Assembly (NCBI GenBank): GCA_023248395.1
Contig: JAHFEQ010000003.1
Coordinates: forward strand, 1-51,571
Direction: 5' to 3'
Source of the DNA: Nitrospirota bacterium
GTDB taxonomy: Bacteria; Nitrospirota; 9FT-COMBO-42-15; HDB-SIOI813
DNA: 51,571 bases
Made by a program: the position numbers and the translations under genes. Shown piece by piece: positions 28,318-39,666 of the stretch (position 1 is its first letter; each line of letters begins with the position of its first letter). Under the pieces are notes generated by a model, which worked only from the letters and a program-made list of their open reading frames with translations, did not search any database and had not been told where the DNA came from.

Positions 28318-29192
28318 GATTTGAAAACCTCCGCGTAGTAGTGATAAGCGGTCTTTCAGGAGCAGGAAAAAGCAATGCTCTTAATTGCTTCGAGGATTTA
28401 GGTTTTTTCTGTATCGATAATCTTCCCCCGCAGCTTCTTCCCAAATTGATAGAATTATGTACCCAGGCAGGCAGCGAAATCAACAAAATAGCATTAGGTG
28501 TGGATATACGTGAGAGAGGGTTTCTGAGTGATTTTGAAGCTGTATTAACTGCACTAATAAAGAATGGTTATCCCATAGATATTGCCTATCTTGATGCTCG
28601 GGATGAGGTACTGGTAAGGCGCTTTAGTGAGACGAGGAGACCCCACCCACTGGCGAAGGATAGGTCAGTAATTGAAGGAATTAATCTGGAACGCGAAAGG
28701 TTAAAGTGGCTGCGTGAGAAAGCTACTCTGATTATAGATACTTCGGACTTCAATATTCATCAACTCAAAGATGAACTCTCCAGGCATTTCTTAGAAAGAG
28801 AGAAAGATAAAAAGATAGTTATTAATATAATATCCTTTGGTTTTAAGTATGGGGTACCTTATGATATAGACATACTATTTGATATAAGATTTCTGCCAAA
28901 TCCCAACTTTGTTTCACATCTCAAATCCATGACAGGAAGGGATAGAGACGTATCGGATTATTTGTTATCGAGCCCTCAGACCAAGCTGTTCTTAGAAAAG
29001 TTCTTTCAGTTTGTAGACTTCCTCATGTCGCAATATGAGCGTGAAGGTAGATACTATCTTAATATTGGGATGGGATGCACGGGGGGAAGACACAGGTCAG
29101 TTTTTATAGCCGAAACCCTTGAGCGACATATGAGAGATATGGGTTTTGCGACGACATTACGACACCGAGATATTGAGAGAGAAAAGCCATAG
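28314..29192 (+). CDS. rapZ: RNase adapter / P-loop NTPase RapZ
   Basis: SGLSGAGKS, DNLP, SETRRPHP, SFGFKYG and GCTGGRHRSV motifs. Confidence 0.95.
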   Translation: MRFENLRVVVISGLSGAGKSNALNCFEDLGFFCIDNLPPQLLPKLIELCTQAGSEINKIALGVDIRERGFLSDFEAVLTALIKNGYPIDIAYLDARDEVLVRRFSETRRPHPLAKDRSVIEGINLERERLKWLREKATLIIDTSDFNIHQLKDELSRHFLEREKDKKIVINIISFGFKYGVPYDIDILFDIRFLPNPNFVSHLKSMTGRDRDVSDYLLSSPQTKLFLEKFFQFVDFLMSQYEREGRYYLNIGMGCTGGRHRSVFIAETLERHMRDMGFATTLRHRDIEREKP

Positions 29193-29789
29193 ATGTCTAC
29201 GTACATCATTGCAATTACAGGTGCAAGTGGTGCCATTTACGGGATAAAACTGTTGGATTATATGGTGAGAAACGGATGTAAGGTCTATCTTACTATTACT
29301 AAAGAGGGGTGGTATATCTTAAAGGAAGAAGTGGGGTTTTTCTGGGAGGGAGGGGAGGATGAGATTAATGATGCTATTTGTAAATATTATGGGGTCTCAG
29401 TAGAGAGTCTTCGCTATTATAAGGAGGACAATCTTACAGCAGCAATAGCCAGTGGGTCTGTACCTACAGAGGGGATGATTATAGTTCCATGTTCAATGAA
29501 AACAGTAGCTTCTATTGCCTGTGGTTTCACTTCTAATCTTGTCTCACGTGCTGCCGATGTTATATTAAAGGAGAAGAGGCGTTTGATTATAGTACCACGT
29601 GAGGCTCCTTTAAACAGTATACATCTTCGTAATCTTCTTACCCTTTCAGAGATGGGGGTTCACGTTATTCCTGCAATGCCAGCATTCTATAACAAGCCAG
29701 AGAGAATAGCAGATATGGTAGACTTTATTGTTGGCCGTATACTGGATGGTCTATATATAGAAAATACTTTATATAAAAGATGGGTCTAA
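29193..29789 (+). CDS. ubiX: Flavin prenyltransferase UbiX
   Basis: ITGASGAIYG, IASGS, PCSMKT, RAADVILKE and PAMPAFY motifs. Confidence 0.93.
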   Translation: MSTYIIAITGASGAIYGIKLLDYMVRNGCKVYLTITKEGWYILKEEVGFFWEGGEDEINDAICKYYGVSVESLRYYKEDNLTAAIASGSVPTEGMIIVPCSMKTVASIACGFTSNLVSRAADVILKEKRRLIIVPREAPLNSIHLRNLLTLSEMGVHVIPAMPAFYNKPERIADMVDFIVGRILDGLYIENTLYKRWV

Positions 29790-29804
29790 AGCAGTATAAA
29801 AGGC

Positions 29805-29833
29805 TTGACTCTAGTTACTCTATTAAGTATATT
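29805..29833 (+). promoter_or_regulatory. Putative sigma70 promoter of the HTH-pilMNOPQ operon
   Basis: TTGACT-17 nt-TATATT. Confidence 0.6.
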
Positions 29834-29859
29834 TACTATACCAATCTGAACCCGGTTAT

Positions 29860-30051
29860 ATGAAGGGTAATAAGAAATACTATACAAAAGATATATGTAA
29901 TATCTTTGACATCTCTAAGGCTACTCTTTTCAGGTGGGAAAGTGATGGGCTCATTTCTAATGTCAGTAGAGATTGGCGTAATTGGCGTATATATAGCGAT
30001 GAGAACATTGCGGAAATAAAAAAGATAATGCGGTCCAAGGAGAAGAGATAA
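29860..30051 (+). CDS. Small MerR-type (BldC/Xis-like) helix-turn-helix protein
   Basis: YTKDICNIFDISKATLFRWESDGLI..RDWRNWRIYS; DNA-binding domain only, 63 aa. Confidence 0.8.
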   Translation: MKGNKKYYTKDICNIFDISKATLFRWESDGLISNVSRDWRNWRIYSDENIAEIKKIMRSKEKR

Positions 30052-30056
30052 AGATC

Positions 30057-31118
30057 ATGGTGTTTCGTAAAAAGAGTAAAATAATAGGAATTGATATAGG
30101 CTCAAGTTCGATAAAGGTTATACAGTTATCTGATAATAATGGGGGATATACCTTATCCAGGTTTGGTATGGCCCCACTTGCTCCGGAAATGATTGTAGAT
30201 GGAACAATTATGGACTCTGTTCGATGTGTGGAGACTCTACAAAATCTTTTAAAAGACCAGTCTATTTCCACAAAAGATGCAGTTATTTCTTTATCTGGAC
30301 ATTCGGTTATTGTTAAAAGGGTCAGCCTCCCTCAGATGACAGAGGATGAACTGGCTGAATCTATTAAATGGGAGGCAGAGCAGTATATTCCATTCGACAT
30401 AAATGATGTTAATACGGATTTTCAGATACTGAATACCTTTGTTGACCCTGATGGAAAACCACAGATGAATGTTTTATTAGCCGTAGTGAAAAAAGATAAA
30501 ATTACAGAATACACCTCTCTTGTTATTGAGGCAGGTCTTAGACCCGTTATCGTTGATATTGATTCTTTTGCACTCGAAAATATGTATGGGATTAATTACG
30601 AGGTGAAAGAGGGTGAGACGGTAGCATTAATAAATATTGGTGCGAGCCTTACCAACATTAATATTCTTCAGAAAGGTATGTTTGCTTTTACACGGGATGT
30701 TTCTATTGGTGGTAATAAATATACAGAATCAATCCAGAAAGATTTAGGGCTATCTTATGAGAATGCAGAAAGGGCAAAGAAAGGGGAAAGTGTAGAAGGG
30801 GTTGATTCTTTTGCCTTAGATTCAGTTGTGGAAAGTGTCTCAGGAGAGATTGTAAATGAGATTACGAGATCATTTGGATACTTTAAGACTGCGTCAGGTA
30901 ACGAGAAGATAGATAAAATTATGTTAAGTGGTGGTTCATCAAAGATAAAGGGTATGGACAACTTCTTACAGCAACGTCTCGACCTACCTATTGAGATTGT
31001 TAACCCATTCCGGAAGATAGAGATACCGCCAGAGTTTGACAGTAATTACATCAGGGATATTGCTCCATTAACGGCGGTTGCGGTTGGGTTGGGAATAAGA
31101 AGGTTGAACGATAAATGA
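30057..31118 (+). CDS. pilM: Type IV pilus assembly protein PilM
   Basis: GIDIGSSSIK, EAEQYIPF and LSGGSS actin-like motifs. Confidence 0.95.
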   Translation: MVFRKKSKIIGIDIGSSSIKVIQLSDNNGGYTLSRFGMAPLAPEMIVDGTIMDSVRCVETLQNLLKDQSISTKDAVISLSGHSVIVKRVSLPQMTEDELAESIKWEAEQYIPFDINDVNTDFQILNTFVDPDGKPQMNVLLAVVKKDKITEYTSLVIEAGLRPVIVDIDSFALENMYGINYEVKEGETVALINIGASLTNINILQKGMFAFTRDVSIGGNKYTESIQKDLGLSYENAERAKKGESVEGVDSFALDSVVESVSGEIVNEITRSFGYFKTASGNEKIDKIMLSGGSSKIKGMDNFLQQRLDLPIEIVNPFRKIEIPPEFDSNYIRDIAPLTAVAVGLGIRRLNDK

Positions 31119-31675
31119 TAAGAATAAACCTTTTGCCTACTAGAAAGGCTAAAAGAACCTTTACTATCAGGGTAGGGGTTAAACCTAATATATCACTTTT
31201 CATTGCTGCTACCTTAGTTATCTTCTTATTAGAGGGCTTTGCCTGGTACTGGCTTAACAGTACCCTATCCTCTCTTACAGAAGAAAAACAGGCTCTTGAC
31301 GCAAAACTTAAGGAGGTAAGAGAAAAAGTCAAAGAGGTAGAGAACTATGAGAAGGATAAAAAGATCTATGAAGAGAAAATAGCTATCATACAAAATTTAA
31401 AGAGAAACCAGAAGGGGCCTGTGCATGTACTATCTGAACTCAGCCGGATGTTACCCGAGAGGGTTTGGTTAGTATCCCTAAGAGAGACAGGGAAGGATAT
31501 AAGCATTATTGGATCAGGGATGACTAATGATGATATAGTTAGGTATGTGAATAACCTTAAGTCTTCAAAGCTTTTTAGAAATGTCCAACTCATAGAGTCA
31601 AGGCAGATAGTAGATTCCGGGATATCCATATACAGTTTTAGTTTAACTTTTAGCCTGAACTTTGATACGGTGTAG
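31115..31675 (+). CDS. pilN: Type IV pilus assembly protein PilN
   Basis: MIRINLLP, TM, coiled coil, PERVWL. Confidence 0.93.
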   Translation: MIRINLLPTRKAKRTFTIRVGVKPNISLFIAATLVIFLLEGFAWYWLNSTLSSLTEEKQALDAKLKEVREKVKEVENYEKDKKIYEEKIAIIQNLKRNQKGPVHVLSELSRMLPERVWLVSLRETGKDISIIGSGMTNDDIVRYVNNLKSSKLFRNVQLIESRQIVDSGISIYSFSLTFSLNFDTV

Positions 31676-32290
31676 ATGATGAATCTTGGTTTTTTGGAAA
31701 ATATACCTCGTTCACAAAAGATTACTGTTGCGGCCTTACTGGTAATACTCGTAGTCGGCGGTTTTGGTTACCTGATATTTTTACCCCAGAAGGCTGTGAT
31801 AGATGCTCTAAAAAATAGTATTTATGAAATCAATCGCCAGATAAACAACGACGAAGTAAAGTTGAGAAGACTTGACCAACTTATAATTGAGAACAAACAA
31901 CTTCAGTTAGAGCTAGGTGAGCTCCAGGCACAACTTCCTGCAGAACAGGAGGTCTCCGGGTTACTAAAACAGATTTCCGATCTGAGCGTAGAATCAGGCT
32001 TAGAGGTTAAACTATGGAAACCTGGAGGAAGAAAGAATGATCTATCCGGGCTATATACAGAAATTCCTGTTGACGTGGAAGTCGCGGGTGGTTATCATGC
32101 ACTTGCTACATTCTTTGATCGTGTGAGCAAGCTCCCCAGGATTGTAAATATCACGAATCTAAGTATGGATAATACTAAGGTGGTTAGTGATAGTATTTTT
32201 ATCCAAAATAAATTTGTTGCCACAACATTTGCAGCGGCTAGTGAGAATGCCGAACCTCCTAAGGAGACCAAGGGGGTACAGAAAAAATAA
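31676..32290 (+). CDS. pilO: Type IV pilus assembly protein PilO
   Basis: QLPAEQEV, GGYH and LPRIVNI motifs. Confidence 0.93.
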   Translation: MMNLGFLENIPRSQKITVAALLVILVVGGFGYLIFLPQKAVIDALKNSIYEINRQINNDEVKLRRLDQLIIENKQLQLELGELQAQLPAEQEVSGLLKQISDLSVESGLEVKLWKPGGRKNDLSGLYTEIPVDVEVAGGYHALATFFDRVSKLPRIVNITNLSMDNTKVVSDSIFIQNKFVATTFAAASENAEPPKETKGVQKK

Positions 32291-32880
32291 TGTCTCCCTG
32301 TCACATCGAAGAATTTCCGTGTCAAGTTACGGTGTTATTCAATGAGGTAAAATTGGTAGCGATACTTTTAGTGATGATCTTTCTGACAGTGAATGGATGC
32401 AAAGAACAGACAGAACAACCACTAAAGTCACTGATTAAGCCAAAAATAGACAAGACTAAGACCGTCAAACAACCCCCTCCGGATTTAACCTCAATACAGG
32501 CTGAGAGGTCAGTGCAGGAGACAGAGAATACCTATAGTTATATGAGTGAGGGTAGAAGAGACCCCTTTAAATCACTTCTTCTTGGCTTAAAAGAGAAAAA
32601 GTCGGGGGGACCTACGCCCCTTCAACAAATAGGTTTAGGAGAACTTAGGGTTATAGGAATTATGTGGGAAATGCAGGGTTATTTAGCCATGATAGAGACA
32701 CCTGATGGCAAAGGTTTTCTAATAAAGGAAGGGACACTTGTAGGTCCAGATGGAGGGGTTGTGCAGAGGATTACAGAAAATTCAATAATCGTAGAGGAAG
32801 TATATACAGATTATTATGGGAAGAAGCGGTCTAAAAACACAGTGTTGAGGCTTCATGCTAAGGAGGAGGGTGGTAGATGA
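32290..32880 (+). CDS. pilP: Type IV pilus assembly lipoprotein PilP
   Basis: Lipobox-like VNGC, GRRDPF, TPLQ and AMIETPDGKG; true start may be downstream. Confidence 0.88.
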   Translation: MSPCHIEEFPCQVTVLFNEVKLVAILLVMIFLTVNGCKEQTEQPLKSLIKPKIDKTKTVKQPPPDLTSIQAERSVQETENTYSYMSEGRRDPFKSLLLGLKEKKSGGPTPLQQIGLGELRVIGIMWEMQGYLAMIETPDGKGFLIKEGTLVGPDGGVVQRITENSIIVEEVYTDYYGKKRSKNTVLRLHAKEEGGR

Positions 32881-35177
32881 AGATATTGAATTTTAGGTTA
32901 ATTATGTATCTTATATCTATTGTTGCAGCTACAGGCATGGTTGCATGTTCCCATAGAGTACAGCAGATGAGGGGTGATGACCTTGCGAAGCTGCCGTCTG
33001 GCCCCCGACTTACAAATATTGAAGTTCTTGATTTACCAAATGGTACGCAGATTTTAATAGCGGCTGATGATGCGTTGCGATACACATCTTTTAAACTTTC
33101 TGACCCGCCACGATTAGTTATTGATTTGTCTGATATTTCTGCGGGAGAATTTAAAGAACCTATTATAGTAAACAAAGGACCAGTCAGTGCAATATATCCT
33201 ATAGAAGCGGATACTCCTAACAAGGTCACACGTGTTGATATCAGACTTATTAAAGATTCAGTAGGGTATAGGATATACAGAAGAGATAATACTCTTGTTG
33301 TAGATTTCCCCAAAAAGAAAGAAGATAGGGGTCAGGAGAAAGTCACTGCCATTCCGAATGGTGTCCAGAAGAGCCAACAGGTCGAGACTAAAGGGGTAGA
33401 AATATCGGCGTTGAAAGTCACAGATCAGAAATCAGAGACTATGGAGACAGACACGGTAATGGAAGTAAAGCCAGCGGAGAAACAGGATGGCCTTAATATC
33501 ATAAGAGATATAAAAGTTATATTGTCTGGTGATAAAACGAATCTTGTTATCACTGCAGACAAGGATATTGATGCTGAGACTTTTACAGTTGAGGGGAACA
33601 AGATAGTCATTGATGTAAATAATGCTAAACTTTCAATCCCTAAAGAGGAAGTACCTGTAGAAAATAATAAAGTAATATCAAAGATAAGAATTGGGCGTCA
33701 CAAAACGCCAGTAAGAAAAGTCAGGATTGTTACTGACCTTAAAGAGCAAGTAACTTATGATGTTAGTAAGAAGGGAAAAATCTTTACTCTCAGTATGTTG
33801 TCTAAAATGGATGAAAAGTCTCCTGAGATGGCAGTCTCAGAGGCTAAAGAGATTGCTAATAGGGAGCCTATCAAAGAACCAGTGTCCGAACAACCTTCAG
33901 AGAAAGTAATGCCCTCACCTCCTGTAATCACTCCTTCTATCTCTCTTAAATATTTGGGGAAGAGGGTATCATTTGATTTTCAAGATGCGGACATCATAAA
34001 CGTACTTAGATTGTTAGCAGAGGTGAGTAAGTTAAATATGGTTATAGGGGATAATGTTGCAGGGAAGGTAACGATGAAGATGTTGGATGTACCTTGGGAT
34101 CAGGCCCTCGATGTGATTCTAAAGATGAAGGGGCTTGGTAAGGTATATGAAGACAATGTCTTGAGAATAGATACCCTTGCTAATATTGCGCAACAACAGG
34201 AAGAAGAGGCAAAGGCGAAGGAGGCTATGATCAAGGCTGAGGATTTGGTCACGAAGATATTACCTGTTAATTATGCCAAGGCAGGAGATATTGCAGAGTC
34301 TATAAAAAAGAGCCTTAGTGGACGGGGTGATATAACAGTAGATATCCGGACAAACACGTTAATCATAAAAGACATTAAAGATAAGCAAGAGGAGATTAAT
34401 AAACTCCTTCAAACACTTGACAGACCAACCCCCCAAGTATTGATTGAGGCGAGGATCGTTCAGGCTGATTCAAATTTTGCAAAAGACCTTGGTATACAGT
34501 GGGGAGGGAATTATTCTAATACTCCTGGCGATTATAATATCGGTATGATCACTGGACCAACTGGAACTGTTGGTGCTCCTACTACAGGATTTGCTGTAAA
34601 TCTTCCTGCAGCGGGTGTGGCGGGGACGAAGGGAAATGTAGGATTTACAATTGGCAAGACGGTGGGAGATGCCTTTAATCTTGACTTACGACTTTCGGCT
34701 GGGGAGACACAAGGTCTAACCAAGGTTTTATCGGCTCCCAAGATTGCGACTCTGGATAACAGAGAAGCTACCATACAACAGGGCGAGTCAATACCCTATA
34801 AAACTGTATCGCAGACAGGGACGAAGACGGAGTTTATTGATGCGACCCTTACACTCAAAGTAACACCGAAGGTTACTCCTGATGGTCATATTGCTATGAA
34901 CATCAAGATATCTAAGAATCGTCAGGGCTCAATAGTAGTCGAAGGCACCCCCAGCATTAACAAAAAAGAGGCGACAACAGAGGTACTAGTAAAGGATGGA
35001 GAGACTACAGTTATTGGTGGTATCTATGAGATTACGGATGTAGATAATGTCAGCGGAGTCCCCTGGTTTTATCAAGTGCCTGTATTGGGTTGGTTGTTTA
35101 AAAGTACACAGAAGTCAAATATCAAGAGTGAACTCTTGATATTTATCACGCCTAAGATTATTCCTGTTACCACCTGA
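32877..35177 (+). CDS. pilQ: Type IV pilus secretin PilQ with AMIN domains
   Basis: [34 protein letters not shown] and [10 protein letters not shown] motifs. Confidence 0.95.
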   Translation: MKILNFRLIMYLISIVAATGMVACSHRVQQMRGDDLAKLPSGPRLTNIEVLDLPNGTQILIAADDALRYTSFKLSDPPRLVIDLSDISAGEFKEPIIVNKGPVSAIYPIEADTPNKVTRVDIRLIKDSVGYRIYRRDNTLVVDFPKKKEDRGQEKVTAIPNGVQKSQQVETKGVEISALKVTDQKSETMETDTVMEVKPAEKQDGLNIIRDIKVILSGDKTNLVITADKDIDAETFTVEGNKIVIDVNNAKLSIPKEEVPVENNKVISKIRIGRHKTPVRKVRIVTDLKEQVTYDVSKKGKIFTLSMLSKMDEKSPEMAVSEAKEIANREPIKEPVSEQPSEKVMPSPPVITPSISLKYLGKRVSFDFQDADIINVLRLLAEVSKLNMVIGDNVAGKVTMKMLDVPWDQALDVILKMKGLGKVYEDNVLRIDTLANIAQQQEEEAKAKEAMIKAEDLVTKILPVNYAKAGDIAESIKKSLSGRGDITVDIRTNTLIIKDIKDKQEEINKLLQTLDRPTPQVLIEARIVQADSNFAKDLGIQWGGNYSNTPGDYNIGMITGPTGTVGAPTTGFAVNLPAAGVAGTKGNVGFTIGKTVGDAFNLDLRLSAGETQGLTKVLSAPKIATLDNREATIQQGESIPYKTVSQTGTKTEFIDATLTLKVTPKVTPDGHIAMNIKISKNRQGSIVVEGTPSINKKEATTEVLVKDGETTVIGGIYEITDVDNVSGVPWFYQVPVLGWLFKSTQKSNIKSELLIFITPKIIPVTT

Positions 35178-35184
35178 GGAATCT

Positions 35185-36348
35185 ATGCTTCGCTTCCTTA
35201 CTGCGGGGGAGTCACACGGACAACTCCTTATGGGGGTTATTGAAGGTATTCCTGCCGGTTTAGAGCTTACGAGTAGTGATATAAACCTTGAACTATCCCG
35301 ACGGCAGATAGGCTATGGCCGGGGTGGCAGAATGCGGATCGAAAAGGATTCTGTCGAGATTACCTGCGGCGTGAGATGGGGTAAGACCCTGGGATCTCCT
35401 GTAGGTCTCCTGATAAGAAATAGGGATTGGGTAAACTGGTCAGATAGGATGTCCCCTGAACCATCCTTTGAAGGTTGTGTCCCACCTGAGACAAAACCGA
35501 GGCCGGGCCATGCAGACCTTACCGGTATAATCAAATATTCCCACGGTGATATAAGAAATGTACTTGAGAGGGCCAGTGCCCGGGAGACGGCAATGCGAGT
35601 TGCTATTGGCGCAGTGGCAAAAAAATTCATAGGGATTTTTAATATAAAGATAGTAAGTCATGTTACAGAGATAGGCGGGGTTAAGGGGACGTTGCGCAAC
35701 ATCTCTCTCGATTCTATTATGGAGCAGACAGAAAGGTCTGAGCTTAGATGCGTGGATAAAAAGGCTGAGATCAGGATGAAGACCAGAATAAAGGAGGCCA
35801 AGGAAAAAGGGGATACAGTAGGGGGCGTTTTTGAGATAATCGTAACAAATGTCCCTCCTGGGTTGGGGAGTTACTCTCAGTGGGACAGGAGGATGAATGC
35901 CCGGATTGCCTATGCCGTTATGAGTATACAGGCGATAAAGGGTGTGGAGATTGGTGAAGGTTTTGAAGCTGCAAGAAAACTTGGTTCAGGGGTACATGAT
36001 GCCATTTATTATGATGAGGAGAAACAAAGTTTTTATAGAAAGACAAATAGGGCCGGCGGCATAGAAGGCGGTATAACGAATGGTGAGAATATAATAGTTC
36101 GTGCAGCAATGAAGCCTATTGCAACCTTATACTCGCCTTTAGATTCAGTCGATATTGGTACTAAGGAGCCCTTTAAGGCATCTGTTGAACGGTCAGATAT
36201 CTGTGCAGTTCCTGCAGCAAGTGTGGTGGGTGAGGCGATGGTAGCAACTGAGATTGCTAATGCGATATTAGAGAAATTCGGTGGTGATTCTATAGAGGAA
36301 ATAGAGAGAAATTACTTGGGGTATCTTGACTCTATTAAAAAAATTTAA
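35185..36348 (+). CDS. aroC: Chorismate synthase
   Basis: [27 protein letters not shown] and ERSD motifs. Confidence 0.97.
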   Translation: MLRFLTAGESHGQLLMGVIEGIPAGLELTSSDINLELSRRQIGYGRGGRMRIEKDSVEITCGVRWGKTLGSPVGLLIRNRDWVNWSDRMSPEPSFEGCVPPETKPRPGHADLTGIIKYSHGDIRNVLERASARETAMRVAIGAVAKKFIGIFNIKIVSHVTEIGGVKGTLRNISLDSIMEQTERSELRCVDKKAEIRMKTRIKEAKEKGDTVGGVFEIIVTNVPPGLGSYSQWDRRMNARIAYAVMSIQAIKGVEIGEGFEAARKLGSGVHDAIYYDEEKQSFYRKTNRAGGIEGGITNGENIIVRAAMKPIATLYSPLDSVDIGTKEPFKASVERSDICAVPAASVVGEAMVATEIANAILEKFGGDSIEEIERNYLGYLDSIKKI

Positions 36349-36372
36349 ACAATGGTTTAAAAGTATTTTCAA

Positions 36373-36891
36373 ATGAAGAACATCGTGTTAATAGGCTTTA
36401 TGGGAAGCGGCAAGACAGAGGTGGGTCAAAGATTAGCTAAGAGGCTTGGATATGCATTTGTTGATACAGATAAGATTATTGAAGAGAGGATAGGGAAAGG
36501 TATCGCAGACGTATTTTGGGAATATGGAGAGAACTATTTCAGAAGACTTGAAGCAGGAGTTGTTAAAGAGCTATCAGATGCAAGAGGTCATGTGATATCC
36601 ACTGGCGGTGGAATAGTTCTAAACCGGGAAAATATTTTGAGTCTTAAGAAAGGTGGGTTAATGGTCTGGCTCAAAGCCTCACCAGAGACGATCTATGAAA
36701 GGGTAAGATCTGAGTCTCATCGGCCGCTACTGAATGTAGAAGATCCGCTTAATGAGATTAAACGTCTTTTGGATGCGCGTGAAAAACTGTATGCAGAGGC
36801 CAATCTGTCTGTTGATACTGACAGGCTTGATGTAGGGAAGATAGTGGATATTATAGTAGATGCCTGTGATAGGGTAGCAGGTAAGAAGTAA
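36373..36891 (+). CDS. aroK: Shikimate kinase
   Basis: GFMGSGKT, DTD, GENYFR, TGGG and RPLL motifs. Confidence 0.95.
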   Translation: MKNIVLIGFMGSGKTEVGQRLAKRLGYAFVDTDKIIEERIGKGIADVFWEYGENYFRRLEAGVVKELSDARGHVISTGGGIVLNRENILSLKKGGLMVWLKASPETIYERVRSESHRPLLNVEDPLNEIKRLLDAREKLYAEANLSVDTDRLDVGKIVDIIVDACDRVAGKK

Positions 36892-36951
36892 GAAGTAGGA
36901 AGTAAGAAAATCCCCCCGTTTCCCCCTGATTAAAGGAGGGATGGGGGGATT
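36881..36951 (+). repeat. Heptamer array followed by CCCCC..GGGGG palindrome (possible terminator/attenuator)
   Basis: GTAAGAA GTAAGAA GTAGGAA GTAAGAA (36881-36908, contains the aroK stop) then AATCCCCCC..GGGGGGATT (36909-36951) and a T-rich tail. Confidence 0.8.
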
Positions 36952-36973
36952 GTTTATTTTTGCAGGAGGAATT

Positions 36974-38074
36974 ATGAAAAATGTTAGGGTGATGCTCGGT
37001 TCAAGAAGTTATGATATTTTCATAGGCTATAATATCCTGAATAACTTAAGTGATCGTCTATCTAACCTCTCTTTAGGGAAAAAGGTTGCTATTATTACAA
37101 ATCCCAAATTAACGAAGCTTTACGGTGGGGTTATCTATCGACAATTAAAAGGGGCAGGCTTTATCCCCACTGCCATCGAGATTCCTGCAGGGGAACGATA
37201 CAAAACCATCAAATCTGTTAGTAAAATATATGACATCTTGATTAAAGAGAGGTTTGAACGCAACTCTTCCATTATTGCCTTGGGTGGTGGAGTCATAGGT
37301 GATATTGCAGGATTTGTGGCCGCCACGTATCTGCGTGGAGTTCCATATATCCAGGTCCCGACATCATTAGTGGCACAGGTAGACAGTAGTGTTGGAGGCA
37401 AAACCGGTGTAAATCATCCCCTCGGAAAGAATCTGATAGGGGCATTCTACCAGCCTGTCCTTGTATGGATAGATGTAGAAGTATTAAGAACATTGCCACG
37501 TCGTGAGTTGATAGCAGGGATGGCTGAGGTCGTTAAATATGGTGTTATTGCAGACGACCGATTCTTTGATTTTCTTGAAGAGAATTATAAAAAGATACTT
37601 TCTCTCGATCAGGAGGTGTTAATTCATCTGGTAGTGAAGTCTTGTGAGATAAAGTCGATGGTTGTCAGCGCTGATGAGAGGGAGAAGGGGTTAAGGGCCA
37701 TCCTCAACTTCGGCCATACCATAGGGCATGCCATTGAGACCATTACAGACTATAAAATGTACAAACATGGCGAGGCTGTAGCCATGGGGATGGTATGTGC
37801 AGCGAGGCTTGCTTACACCATGGGAATATGTGATCAGGATGTATTTGAAAGGACAGAAAGATTGTGCAGACTTATTGGACTCAGGACCTCTATCCCCCGG
37901 CTCGAGTTTGCAACCCTGTGGGATATACTTCATAGAGATAAGAAGGTTATTGATGAGAAGGTGAGATTTATCCTGCCTGTAAGGCTGGGAGAGGTGAAAA
38001 TAATAGAAGATGTGGACAGGGAGATATTGCAAGAGTCTGTACAATCATGTTATAGTAACGACAATTTTGTTTAA
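36974..38074 (+). CDS. aroB: 3-dehydroquinate synthase
   Basis: [18 protein letters not shown] and [12 protein letters not shown] motifs; AGGAGG RBS before ATG 36974. Confidence 0.96.
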   Translation: MKNVRVMLGSRSYDIFIGYNILNNLSDRLSNLSLGKKVAIITNPKLTKLYGGVIYRQLKGAGFIPTAIEIPAGERYKTIKSVSKIYDILIKERFERNSSIIALGGGVIGDIAGFVAATYLRGVPYIQVPTSLVAQVDSSVGGKTGVNHPLGKNLIGAFYQPVLVWIDVEVLRTLPRRELIAGMAEVVKYGVIADDRFFDFLEENYKKILSLDQEVLIHLVVKSCEIKSMVVSADEREKGLRAILNFGHTIGHAIETITDYKMYKHGEAVAMGMVCAARLAYTMGICDQDVFERTERLCRLIGLRTSIPRLEFATLWDILHRDKKVIDEKVRFILPVRLGEVKIIEDVDREILQESVQSCYSNDNFV

Positions 38075-38088
38075 ACTTCAGGAGACAG

Positions 38089-39666
38089 ATGGAAAAAAGT
38101 TACAAGGATGCTATTAGTGAGCTCAACTATAAGGTATTGGAGCTCACGACACTTTATGAGATCTCGAAGAGATTAGGGGCCTCCATAGACCCTAAAGTAA
38201 CGTTAGGGTCTATCCTGGAGATTCTCTCTGAGAATATGGGGATGCGTCGAGGGACATTGACCCTGATAGACCCCGATACAAAGCAGTTATACATAGAGTT
38301 AGGTCATGGTCTCACTGCAGAGGAAAAAGGGCGTGGTGTCTATAAAATCGGCGAGGGGATTACTGGAAGGGTGGTAGAGACCGGGGAGCCCATTATTGTG
38401 CCTGATGTTGGGAGAGAGCCTCTTTTCCTGAACCGGACCAGATCGAGGGGGGATATATCCCGAGAGAATATTTCCTTTATCTGTGTCCCTGTAAATGTTA
38501 AGGGTGAGACCATAGGAGTCCTTAGTGTTGACAGGCTTTTTACAGATAGATCCATTGCATTAGAGGAGGATGTCAGGGTACTTACGATCGTTGCCTCTCT
38601 GATCGGTCAGGCAATTACGATATCGAAGGTGGTAGAGCTGGAGCGAAAGAGTTTTATCAAGGAGAAGATGAGTCTCCAGCGAGAGCTTAAATCTCCGTAC
38701 CGGTTTGCGAATATAGTTTTCCAGAGTGAAAAGATGAGAGAGATCCTGGATGCGGCATGGAGGGTAAGCCAGAGTAAAGCAACTGTACTCTTAAGGGGAG
38801 AAAGTGGAACAGGAAAGGAGTTGATAGCCAGGGCGATACATTACCACAGCAAACGTTGCGATAAACCCTTTATAGGTGTTAATTGTGCTGCTATCCCTGA
38901 TACCTTGATTGAAAGTGATCTGTTCGGCCACGAAAAGGGGGCATTTACTGGCGCAATGCAGGCAAAGAGAGGTAGATTTGAGTTAGCCGACAGTGGAACG
39001 TTGTTCCTCGACGAGATAGGAGATATACCCCTATCGACACAGGTCAAGCTTTTGAGAGTCCTGCAGGAAAAGAGATTTGAACGGGTTGGTGGTACTAAAA
39101 GTATTACAGTAGATGTGCGTATTATTGCAGCCACTAACAAGAATTTGGAAGAAGCAGTCATGAGGGGTGATTTCCGTGAGGATCTCTACTACAGATTAAA
39201 TGTTGTCCCTATCAGGATACCCCCTCTGAGAGGCAGGAAGGAGGATATTCCACCTCTTGTTGGCCACTTTCTTCAGATATACAACGAAGAGAATGGTAGA
39301 GAGATCAAGATATCTAATGAGGCCCTCGACACCCTTTTGATGCATGACTGGCCAGGGAATGTCAGAGAGCTCGAAAACTGTGTGGAAAGGATGATCGTTA
39401 TGGCCAGGAATGAAATAATCATGGCAGAGGATGTTCCCATTAATATAGAAACGAGCCTTGTGCCCGGCAATCCCCATGAGAAGAACAGGCATAGTCTAAT
39501 AAAGACACTTGACAGGACAGTTGAGGAGATAGAAAAGGAGAGAATTTTAGAGGCATTAAAGAGATGCGGCTATGTCCAGGCAAAGGCAGCAAGGCAACTC
39601 GGTATTACACCAAGGCAGATAGGTTATAAGATAAAAAAATATGGTCTGGGGGAGGGAAATTCGTAG
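38089..39666 (+). CDS. Sigma-54-dependent activator, GAF-AAA+-HTH (NifA-like)
   Basis: GAF ([19 protein letters not shown]), [24 protein letters not shown] and Fis-type [20 protein letters not shown]. Confidence 0.9.
   Translation: MEKSYKDAISELNYKVLELTTLYEISKRLGASIDPKVTLGSILEILSENMGMRRGTLTLIDPDTKQLYIELGHGLTAEEKGRGVYKIGEGITGRVVETGEPIIVPDVGREPLFLNRTRSRGDISRENISFICVPVNVKGETIGVLSVDRLFTDRSIALEEDVRVLTIVASLIGQAITISKVVELERKSFIKEKMSLQRELKSPYRFANIVFQSEKMREILDAAWRVSQSKATVLLRGESGTGKELIARAIHYHSKRCDKPFIGVNCAAIPDTLIESDLFGHEKGAFTGAMQAKRGRFELADSGTLFLDEIGDIPLSTQVKLLRVLQEKRFERVGGTKSITVDVRIIAATNKNLEEAVMRGDFREDLYYRLNVVPIRIPPLRGRKEDIPPLVGHFLQIYNEENGREIKISNEALDTLLMHDWPGNVRELENCVERMIVMARNEIIMAEDVPINIETSLVPGNPHEKNRHSLIKTLDRTVEEIEKERILEALKRCGYVQAKAARQLGITPRQIGYKIKKYGLGEGNS

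Noticed and set aside
36941..36973. Upstream ATG for aroB inside the palindrome
   Set aside because: ATG 36974 has a strong AGGAGG RBS and matches typical AroB starts.
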